Shown here piece by piece: positions 41,601 to 52,300 of a stretch of DNA of 64,000 nucleotides. Origin of the DNA: Iphione sp. A-MEVVRFRX5 (Eukaryota); NCBI GenBank assembly GCA_976226885.1, contig OZ320317.1, positions 41,602,001-41,666,000 on the forward strand, in the 5' to 3' direction. Below the pieces are notes generated by a model. It saw only the letters and a program-made list of their open reading frames with translations, was not told the origin of the DNA and searched no databases. A program made the translations under genes and the position numbers. How positions within the stretch are numbered: the first letter of the stretch is position 1; every line of letters starts with the position of its first letter.

Positions 41601-44600
41601 CTCACTATCTGCTTGCTCCCTGCCCCTTATGTGTCCTTCTACATTTAAATTCATCTTGCTCTGGTGTTCTCCTTATTCCCTAACTTCGTCTTCTCCGTAG
41701 ATCCTCTTGTTATATTCTTTACTCTATTTAGTTCATTCTGCTTCATATCTCTCGATTTATTCTTTCCACACCCTTCCCTTCCACTGCTGTCCTTTCTCTT
41801 GTTCAGTTGTCATCGTCGTAGCTGTAAGAAGCACTCACGTAACACTAATTATCTCCTTTATGTTTCTATCATCACATGATCCACCCCATTACTTTTTCTT
41901 TCCTATTATTCTTCATTTCTTCATCTGATCTAATATTACTCACCTGTATCCTTTCCACCTCGCTATTCCACTCAGTTTTCATCTTACCCAAGACCGCGCA
42001 ATATACTATCTATGTCACCCTTTCTTCCAGCTGCTCCTTTCATTCTAAACCTTCCACCTTCTTCCTTCTATTCCTATTTCACCCTAACCCCTACCTTTCT
42101 CTTTACAACCCATCCCGCCTTTCCTTCATCCCTCACTGAACAGTAACCCTCCTGTGACCCTCCTTCTTTACCCTTCTTTTCCCTTGCATCCTGTGTCTAC
42201 TGCCATGTCAGCCTACCCAAAGCCCCATAATCGCTCCCCTATCAATCCATAGCTTTGGGCAAGGCTTAGATTCTCCCCGGGAACATTCAGCATATTGAGC
42301 GCCATTTACAAATCTCCTGATTTCTATTACCATAATGGGGCCTATCGCTGTGCTGCCTGATTTGAAATCTAATTGCCTACAAACGCCAGGAGCCACCCAT
42401 ATCGCCCCTTACCATCCTCATCCCCAAAAGGAGTGGTTCTCTGGTGTTGATTCTGTAGAACCACTTCTCACATTTACCGAATCTGCAGAGTTGCTCATTG
42501 TAGGAGACGTAGCAATGGAGTTGTAGTGATATATTTAGCCGTTAGGGGGCGGGATCACAAACTTGAGTGAAAACATGTCAGTTTCTTTGGACAGGATGTA
42601 CTGCTGCACCATATATATGCACATCAATATAATGGATTCTCTTACTGAGAGTATTTATGACAATGATTCATACGAATCAATACGAGAAGAATCTCATTTT
42701 GGGAGTGCGCTCATTTGGTCTGCCAATTTTGAAATATATGAGGACACAAAACCACAGATCGTTCATATAGAGAATAATCACGAACCAATGCAATGGTCCT
42801 TTGTCTTTGATTTCTCTCTATAACTGACAGAGCTTCAAGTCAGAAATATTTTTCTCCGATGACACATTCAACCGATCGTTCACGGATGAGACTGTTACTG
42901 CATGGCTGCCTCCTTCGGATTTATAGGTCACACGAGCGCGCACTGTTGAAGGCCGGTTTCAGAGGCTCTAACAAAGGCGCATGGCAAAAAGCGATGTTTT
43001 AAAAGGGTTAAAAACTTTCCGTCCCGAGTGGAGAGCGCTCCAGCGAGGGAGGTTCTTTGATGTGAAGTCTTAAATGGAGTTTACTTAAGGAGACACTTAA
43101 AGTAATATGGGTCCATTTAGAAAATCAATACATATTTCTAGGCAGGCGTCAATCAACGCATTGGAAAGGTGGAGGGGGAGAAGGCTAAGGAAAACAGATA
43201 GCTTTGCTAAATGTGCTGGGCGTACATTTTATCGCTTTTCAATTTGTATAGAATATCAAAAATGGGTAGAAAAACGTAATCACAGCATGCTTTAATAATT
43301 TGCTCAAAAGATGAAAGGAATTTCGATAATCTTTGTTCGCCAAAGACTATCCTTACTACCACAGAACTTTGCAGTGTATTACAGATTTAATGTTTCATAC
43401 TCCAATGCGCAGCTCAAGTTCAATATTCGGAAATATCAAAGCCTACCTTTTTGTGAAAGATTTTCTACAGGTTCCTTACTTATTTTAACGCGTAACGCAA
43501 TTATATCATAACATGGCTCTAACAAAGGCAGGGGATTTTTAGGAGTATTTATATGTGTAAGTGAACACTTACTTTTCTGTGATTTCACCTGTAATTCCAA
43601 GTATTACAGCTCACGAGAACGCGGCTGTGAAAAGAAAACATAGCTACCATGGGTAGATCTGAACGTACTCATTGCTCCTTTGCAAAAATATTTTTACAAG
43701 AGCAGAAATGGCCCACACACAATAGCATAATACTAGTTAAAAAAACATGCACACATATTAATATGAGATAAAGCTACAAGCTAAAAGATGTGAATATGCA
43801 TGTACATGTATATACATACATGTACAATGTATATCTTTTGCCACATTTGTGAACCGTTCCCTCAGTGCACTTTTCAGTCCCTAGAGGCGTGTCAAGAACA
43901 ATGTGCACTTATTTGTGATCTAATAAACTTTAGTCGCGAGAAGTAACTTTCATCTGAAAATGTATATGGATAAATAATGCTTAAAGGGGGTAGACGGCGC
44001 GGGATATGTACACTAACGCTTGTCGTACATTACACGTACGATCTCTCGGTAATGGTAGTGGTATGATGAGGTACTAATAGTTTGGGTGGTGTCGGGTCTC
44101 GTGCTCTTTATCCTGGAAGTGATATTTCTGCTTCAAAGCCATCAGAAGGGAAGATTTTCACATCCGATGTTTCACGTCCGATGTTATAACACGCGATGCC
44201 TTCTGAAGTCCCAAGACGATGTAAGGCATTGGAATCTCTGTCATATCAGTAGACTCGCCTTGCTCCCACGATCTACAGCTAAAACACGATCATCCAATGG
44301 GTAGATACCCTTTTTGTCCGGCGAAGGACAAGTCCCTGATAGGTCAACATAAAGATGGGAAACCAGTAAAAGTCTGGAGAGGATTGCCTGTGTGTTTTCA
44401 TGGTGAAATATGAGAAAATCCAACCGATCTAAGCGAAAACGGCAAAGTAAAATGTGTGTACAAGTGAGGAATCTAAAACTCTAAGTAGGAGAGGGAAAGT
44501 TGCCTTTGAATCGGGAAACAAGCGGGCCTGTTTGCCGAGGTTCTTTTGAATTAATTATCAGTTATTACTGTCACCATCAGCAAACTTCCCTTTTCATTTA

Positions 44601-44665
44601 ACTCTAGTTTTTATAGAGGGCGATGGGAATGATACCTTAAAAGTCACTTACGTTCTCACTCCACG

Positions 44666-44687
44666 CTCTCTCTCTCTCTTTCATTCT

Positions 44688-44740
<53 letters not shown>
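44666..44740. repeat. Compound (CT)n/(CA)n microsatellite upstream of the lectin exon
   Basis: Long tctctc run with a short interruption, followed by acacac. Confidence 0.95.
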
Positions 44741-44741
<1 letters not shown>

Positions 44742-44828
44742 GACACTCTGAAGTTTTGATCGAGTAGCAGTACTTAAAACAAGCCTTTGCACTAATAGTC
44801 GCGCCTTATTCTCTTTATCTCACGTCAG

Positions 44829-44994
44829 TTCTCATGGAGTATTGCGAGGATGCCACCTTCCAGGCCGCCTGTCCAGATGATCACGTGGTCATGATAGAGG
44901 AAGCACGATACGGACGCATGCGCACGGGGCAGTGCCTGTCGATGAACTACGGGTCTATCGGGTGTTCAGCCGACGTCCTACACGTCATGGATAG
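44829..44994 (+). CDS. Internal exon, N-terminal half of a SUEL (galactose/rhamnose-binding type, Gal_Lectin) domain
   Basis: cag|tt acceptor and ag|gtaggt donor; 166 nt, phase 1 in and phase 2 out. Reads LMEYCEDATFQAACPDDHVVMIEEARYGRMRTGQCLSMNYGSIGCSADVLHVMD(R), containing the YCE, CP and YGR motifs of SUEL domains. Confidence 0.9.
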
Positions 44995-45477
44995 GTAGGT
45001 ACTCAGCCAGCGGGAGCAACGCTCTTAACCGTGAAAAATGAACGGGATATGAGATCAATCCGGTCACAAGTTTCTTCGTGTTCAAGAGAAACCCCTCTTT
45101 TATCCTTATTAGAAAAAAATGAAATAGATTTATGTTACTCTTAATGTTGCTGAATTGACAAAACAGATGTAAATGTTAGAATATTAGTTCTTCGTGTTGT
45201 TTCCTTAAGAGTATTTCGTTCGTGCAAATAATATCTCTGCAGAAACACGAGTATCATTCAAAGACCCATTTTCCTTATGATGTGTAGGGCAGTGATCACC
45301 CACTCCACAACCCTTTATAATTTCGCGCTTTCTGACGCTTGTATTTAAGCATACAATATAAAGCGACGAAGGACCTAATGCAGGTTATTTTACCACTTCC
45401 CACACACCATCAAAGTACAGGACAACACACTTTTCCGGCTGGGCTAATTGTAACCTTTACGCATCCCTATCATCCAG

Positions 45478-45596
45478 ATACTGCTCAGGTCGAAGGACGT
45501 GCAAGGTGAACGTGCGAGACCTTGTGGTGGAAGGAGCCAAACCATGCCCTAAGGACCTGAGGAGTTACATGGAGGCCCGTTACACCTGCCTGCCAG
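45478..45596 (+). CDS. Internal exon, C-terminal half of the SUEL lectin domain
   Basis: Branch-point-like ctaat near 45444, tatcatccag| acceptor and cag|gtaaga donor; 119 nt, phase 2 in and phase 1 out. Reads (R)YCSGRRTCKVNVRDLVVEGAKPCPKDLRSYMEARYTCLP, in frame with the previous exon and completing 8 Cys. Confidence 0.92.
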
Positions 45597-46561
45597 GTAA
45601 GACCATCGAGATTATATTAAATACCGGGGTCGGGTGCTCCGGTTGCGGTGTTAGGTATAGCATTTGGTCGAGGGATATATGTATCACTGTGTTTAATAAT
45701 AGAATCTGACTCGATGTCTGCTTCAACTACCTATCTAGTACAGTTTTGGTTCTGATTAAAGAGTGATAGATTAGGTTAGGTACTTTTGTAATATATAGGC
45801 AAGCATTGAAACACTGGTGGCGAGTGTAAACAAAGTTGCAGTCTATTTGGTTAGGCTTCTCATATGGGCGGTTTGAAGGTATATACCGACAAGCCTCAAT
45901 TACCTTACAATGGGCCCATTGGATTCAGGTCGTGCGATGGATGTGACATTATCATGGATCACTAGTTAATCAATAGCTCGAAAGAGTAATGTTGAATAGC
46001 CAAGCAGAACACACAGGTGGAGGGGCAGACTGAGGAAGAGGTAGAAAGGTGGTGTGGATAACGTAGTAGCAGGGGAATATTGCTGAGGCAAGAAAGAGGA
46101 CCACAAGGATAAGGGAAATCGATGAGGAAACCCTTAATAAAAAATGAAACATAGAAAGAAGGGCAGGAGCAAAAGGAATGAAAAATATGAGGGGTACAAA
46201 GACATCCATGGAGAAAAGCGTGCCTTTAGGCTGGAGAGAGGAACGTCGAGAGGACTGGGGAGTTGGTGAAGAGAGGCAGATGAATGGCGGCCGTACATCT
46301 TCATTATAGAGCGAGGGGCTAATGATAGCCACACTATAACGACCCGGTAAATGTCCCTGCTCCCCCGGGGGTGGTGGTAGGCCGGCAAGGGAGCGGCTCG
46401 CTCATAATGGCATGATTAACGCAACGAGCAGCTCAAAAGTCACAGATCGAATGTGTTTGCCCGCTGGTGTTGGTATGCCCGTCTGTGTGCTTGTGAAGGG
46501 AGGATGAAGGGGGGGGGGGGCTCTCGTCTCCGTGTTTCAAGTGTTACCAGTGTTCGTATTA

Positions 46562-46827
46562 CCACGGTAATGACCATTGCCGCTCTAATCCATGGGACCA
46601 ATAGATAAAGATAAGGTTTGATTTAATGGAGAAAACTGAGTAGAGGAAAGGTATAAGTCTTATTCCAAAGTGTTAAATTGGCATGTTGCCATGGTAATGA
46701 TCATTGCAGTTCTAATCCATGGGGGCAATGGATAAAAAACAAAGTGACAAGTTAAATTGGGCAAAGAAATATTTACTAGCACGAACTGCTGCACTTTCAT
46801 TTGTTAGTCTGGTAATGATCATTACGA
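46562..46827. repeat. Diverged tandem repeat, about 120-127 bp period, 2-3 copies
   Basis: ggtaatga[c/t]catt core at 46566, 46693 and 46811. The first two copies share ggtaatga.cattgc..tctaatccatggg..caat.gataaa. Confidence 0.8.
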
Positions 46828-47171
46828 TATTTGCTACGCAAAAAAGGCAGTTGGAGGTGGGCTTACACTAAATGTGATTTTAGAATGGATTCCATATGTA
46901 CGGGATTGTTGTCATTATTCTGTGTGTACAGGAAAAAAATATTCTATACGAATGAATAGGGCTCTTTCCTTGTGTACAGGCGCTTAATTCTGGGATCCAT
47001 GTCCGAACGTGTCAATGGCTCGTAAACATACAATGTTTGTTTTTTGGGACTGCAGAGCTACAGACATGTAGGGTAAGGAAATGGGAATTTAAAGAAGAAA
47101 GAATACTATCCAACATATGTTAGGTAATGTAAAATATTTTCTCATTTACATGTCATTTACATATAAATGGT

Positions 47172-47320
47172 TTGGTTGGAATTCCCTGTGATCAGCAGAA
47201 AAAACACATGATTTTAACAAGTTAGTTGGCATTCCGTGTGATTGGCACAAAAACGACATGGTTTTAACGTATTTGGTAGGAATTCCTTGTGATAGGCACA
47301 AAAAATACGCAGTTTAACAA
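47172..47320. repeat. Minisatellite, 3 x about 50 bp
   Basis: Units start at 47172, 47222 and 47273, consensus tt(g/a)gt(t/a)gg(a/c)attcc.tgtgat..gca.aaaaa....tttaac. Confidence 0.88.
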
Positions 47321-49297
47321 ACATATACACACATACATACAGAGGAGAAGAGACTGTTCCTGACCATTCCACACGGCCCTTCCTGACCATTTTGGACCTG
47401 TACACTTGGGATACCTCTATGTGTAAGGTGTCTAGATTGGGGTCCGGAGAACTAGCAAATCTTCCAGTCTCTTCTGTATATGGAAGGAAAAACAAGACAC
47501 ATGGAAACCGAGCCTTATACTCATATGCTTCCTTGAATAGACGGGCTAAGATTAAAATCATTGGCATTCCTTTAAAATGCTTAGAAGTGTTCCTGTAACC
47601 ATAAATACTATTTTTCCAATTGTGCTAGATGAGGAGAAAGATCAATAAGGAGTGGAATAAACAAGGCAGGTCTTCATGCAGTGCTGTCCATGTTGTCCTT
47701 GAATCGTCAGGATAATGATTATCACACTTCTATTGCAGTACACCAAATTTGGTGTGGCTCTTCACACCGCTTTCATGCGAAGCACACCCCCCCCTTCATC
47801 CCATGGAAGGATTAAATCAAAACACTGGAAGAAGGGTCTTCATTTCCACGAAAATTCCATTGGGATACGAATTAAAGCGAAAGAGCATTTCATCCTTAAG
47901 GTCACGTCCTCTCAATGCCTATGCGTAGTGCACTGCGTCTGTATAGATCTCCTTTACATATACATTCAGAAAGCTGCGGTCAGTAAATGACGCGAAAGAC
48001 ACAGGGGAAGCAGAATGAAACAGGCCGAAGAGAATTGATGGAAAACTTTATTTTTCATGGAAACCATTGCAAGGGGTGCCTAGAGGGCGACGTAAGTGCG
48101 CGGGTAGGCCTTTCACCACAACCACCAAGATCCGGAAAGCGCCTATACCCTCTAGATATAAACTTACCCGAGGGTAGGCCACAACCCCATGCCTCGCAGC
48201 TGCGCCCAGCAAATAGCAGCCTGCAGTCCAATACGCATTTTTCTTCCTGAGCTCTACTAATCCGTGAAAGTACCTTCAGACAGCCTACATAAAACAGGAA
48301 CCTTTCACTAAACGGAGGTATCATATAGGAAGAAACTGGGAATCAAAAGACATATCCAGTAATTTTTTAAATTAATTAGAGAACGTATACCTACAGCATC
48401 TGTTAGAGTACTCCTCAATGATCACTGTACATGTATGCAACGATTATTCCTGACAAAGACATTTCGATAGGTCTACAATGTTGAGACAATTCTAAAGCAG
48501 TCGACAATATTAAGAGAATGCGTGGACAGTATGCATGTATAACCGGCCGTTTTTGGCCAGCCTTGGCGATAAAGCAGACTGAGGAGCTGAATGGAGTCTG
48601 GCATAACATTGCAAATATTCATTTAATAATTATTCAACAGAAGGAGTTTGGATCCTATTTCGTAGCCTCAAACATGCTGGTGCAAACTCTATTCATGCTA
48701 AATAATGCGAAAGGTCTTTTACAGCTTTCATTCAAACTTTCAAAAAAAAACCACATATAAAGAGGATCCACAATTCTATTTAACGTAACATTAAGTCCAC
48801 TGGGCGAGGTCAAGATATTACTATTACTAAAAAGCTATAAATTCATTTGTAATATTGAAATAGAACATTTTTCATTCATAACAACTCAAATCTAATTAAT
48901 TACTTTTTAACGTATGTGATAATAAGAAAACATTTTGCTGATTACTCTTGAATGGACAGAATATTTTGTAAACCCAGGAGGACGACATGGCTCACCTATT
49001 CAGACACAACACCACTTAATAAATGAGTGGTAATAGACGTGTTGGCTGGAGAACAAAGGATTAGCAAATTATGAGTGATAAAGTTCATGTCCTTCCGAGT
49101 CAAACAGTTGACCTTGTACCAGGTCACAAAGCAGAAAGGCCGTACATCGATCAATGGCGATATATTCTGTAAGCGATGGTCAATATCTCCAGAACAGACA
49201 AGCCTCTTTGTGTAACCCATTTGCATGGCTAGGGGCTGCATCAGGCCAATGGGGACAGCAGATGTGGAGGCTGTGTACCATTAATAGGATTTCTTCT

Positions 49298-49301
<4 letters not shown>

Positions 49302-49346
<45 letters not shown>
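49302..49346. repeat. (CT)n microsatellite
   Basis: Perfect tc run read directly. Confidence 0.97.
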
Positions 49347-49349
<3 letters not shown>

Positions 49350-52300
49350 TAAGATTGCCACCTCACACACATACACATACGTTCCTATTTGAAGGGTCTT
49401 TCATCATTATGCCTCCAAATACCTATCCAATGTTTCTAACCTTCTAATCTTTTACATATTTTCACTATTCTTACATGCTCACCAGTAATCTTCCTCTATC
49501 TCTCTCAAGCTTGGACCATCCTATTCTTCTACTGTCACCTTTCTTTCCTTTCTATAGGCTCTCATATGCTGAATACATTCACAATTTCAGTCTGAGTAGC
49601 TTTGTACTTTATCGATGCTATTTGAAAGTATATTACTGAGGCATTTTACCTTTCCTACACGCCGCCTCTCTCTATAAACTTAGGACATTGACATGCGTCT
49701 CACGTTACACGCATCAGGAGAATGTGCATCACATTGGCGTCAACCAATACATAACACCTGGTTTCCATCACAGTCCATGCCATGCACTAAGGATAAAATA
49801 TCGTGTAACAACGTATATCGATTAGTTTGATATAATTCTTACTCCTAATTGCACCCTCTCATGTTTCTGTTGTCCCTTCCACCGGGCTGTGACAAACAAC
49901 AGACACTGTTGTCCTCCGAAGTATGGTGCAGCTTATGATTAGCTGCTCCTGTATCTTCTCACGATATTTCTTTGACTTTTTTTGTCTTCTTTAGATTTCA
50001 GTGCACTTGACATGAAGAAGCGCTTCATTGCAAGATATTAGTGAAATCTTCGCTTGTGCTTGGGTTTAGGTTCCGCCCGAATCGCTAATGATCTATGTTG
50101 GCAGATGTTAGGCAAGGTTATGGGTAGACGGCTGTAGGTACTCTAGTGCACTGCAGGGTACTGGCTTGTTGGTAGGATCCGAAGATGGTAGAGACTGCAA
50201 ATAGGGCAGGACGGTATGTCGCGTATATTACGCAGATGAAGAGATGAATGACGGTGTTAGGTTTGTGTGATGGTAAGCAACCAATGCACTGTGTAGAACA
50301 TACGGTTAGAGTAATGGGCGATAGCTCATATAGTGCTGAGGAGAGAGATAGTGCTGGTGGTGTTTGAATTGAATTATGACAGTATTTGTGAGCGATGGTA
50401 GAGAGACTGACCGGCTTTTATTCATGTATATCTGAAAGTATCTGAGAGAGGTAAGGCTGATAGTTTGTGTTGATACGGATAGTCTATGGTAGACAATGGT
50501 GAGGTCTGGTGGTAGGCTAGAATCCTGATTAGTGATTAATGGTCTGAAGTATTGACATATGGTGGGTGATTCAGCGGCTGGTAATGTCGTAGAGTGGGTT
50601 GTTGCTCGCACTGCCTTTTGACTTCAGGTCACCCAATTCTTCTTAATGAGCCTCGAGAGGAAGCCACGTTCAGTCTCCTCTAATACCAAAGGGGATATTG
50701 CTAACGGCGCATCGAGGTATGTGGGGGAGGGGGCGGCACCACACATAGATAAACCAGAGATACTACATCGTGTAGTTGCTCCCATATCGTAGGCGCTGTT
50801 CTGGTTCTGGTCATTTGTGGGTACCAGGTGGCAGATGGGTAGGTGGCGAGCTACTATGCGTACATGAACGAGAAGTCTTGGTATAGTAAGGTATCTTTAC
50901 GAGTGATTTAGGGACCGGTAATGTGCTTCACAATGGTTTATTCCGTGTCCGTTAAGTAGCTACTGGGAAGCCCTGTGGGACCTGAGATGACCAGATTCTT
51001 CTCACTAAGTCCAGAAAAAACGACCAGCACAGACGCTTCCAATATCGGTAGGGAGTATTGAAAAGGGGGTTACAGAAACAAAGGGCGCCCACTTACAGAT
51101 TAACCTTATATTATATCTGATGGTAGGACATCAGTGTATATAACAAAACATTCTGTTTATGGTGTTGGTGTGATGGTACATCGCAGATGATGGCTGTGGA
51201 TGGTGACTTACATTTTCATTCGGTTTCTTCTCAAGCCAGATTCAGGGTAAAAATATATAAATATATATACATGTACATACACATCTATATAGACTTGATT
51301 CACAAGGAAGGTTTTCTAAGCTTCTACAGTGGAAGTAACAAAAGCCGGAAAGAATAGAGAAATCAGCATAAGGTTATTTAGATAACCATTGAAGAATTAA
51401 ATTTGCTAGAAGTACGGTTCCTGATCCAGTGAAAAACGAGTAGTGAAACATAACTGATAGAAGATGGAAACATACAATTAGTGTAGTTACAAGTTCTAAA
51501 ATGGCGGGCACTGAAAGTCCTATACTTTCTTGGATATACCGCCATGAAAGGTCAGATGACCAACCACGGCAAATCATTCATTTTCATTGGATAAGCAATT
51601 GTGATTATGTATTCGATTTTATCCAAAACAAAATCGTGGTTGTCTTGTTGATTCATAGCTTTGAGCAAAGACATATGCGCACATTTAAAGTAACTTTTAG
51701 CTATCAAAAACAAAGGCACTATATTGAAGATATTAGCAAATATCAGAAGCGTAATAACGAAATTTTAAGGATTAAATTCTTTAATTTTCGTAACAGGTCA
51801 TCCACTTTCTATCTGGATGTTGACAAAGTTTATATGTTCTACATATGCTCACTAGAACATAAACAGCAGAAAGGCAATATTTTTATCAAATCTAACCACT
51901 CGCCTTGTGATGGGATTTCGTTCCATCCCCGACTTTCGTGGATAATGGACAGAAATGGTAAAATCAAAGTTAAGTGATCAACATGATATGTAGCAATGTA
52001 GATATGTAGAAGCAAAGCAAAAGAAAAAAATATGGAAGGTTGGGGAAGGGCAAAAGGTACAGGCATACAGTGAAAAATCGACAGCAATAGAACGATATAG
52101 GTGAAAGTAGAAAAATGCAATGGACCAGATGAAACAACAAATACACAAAGATTAAGAAACGGCAAAAATTAAACAAAAAACACACAAACAGGAGGGAGAA
52201 AAGGTCGGGGACAGCCGAGAGACATTAAGTGATCACTATAGAATTACAGAGAGAACAGAGCAGCACACAGAATGGAAATTGAAAGCGAAAAGTAGATACC

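Noticed and set aside
43002-43011. aaagggttaa resembling a piggyBac right end
   Set aside because: I found no matching left TIR.
44086-44304. Hydrophobic VVSGLVLFILEVIFLL as a signal-peptide exon for the lectin
   Set aside because: No ATG and no phase-1 donor at the end of the hydrophobic stretch.
51501-51977. 158-aa ORF in AT-rich DNA starting aaaATGGCG
   Set aside because: No recognisable homology, and its length is borderline for chance in a six-frame scan of 64 kb; transcript evidence would be needed.
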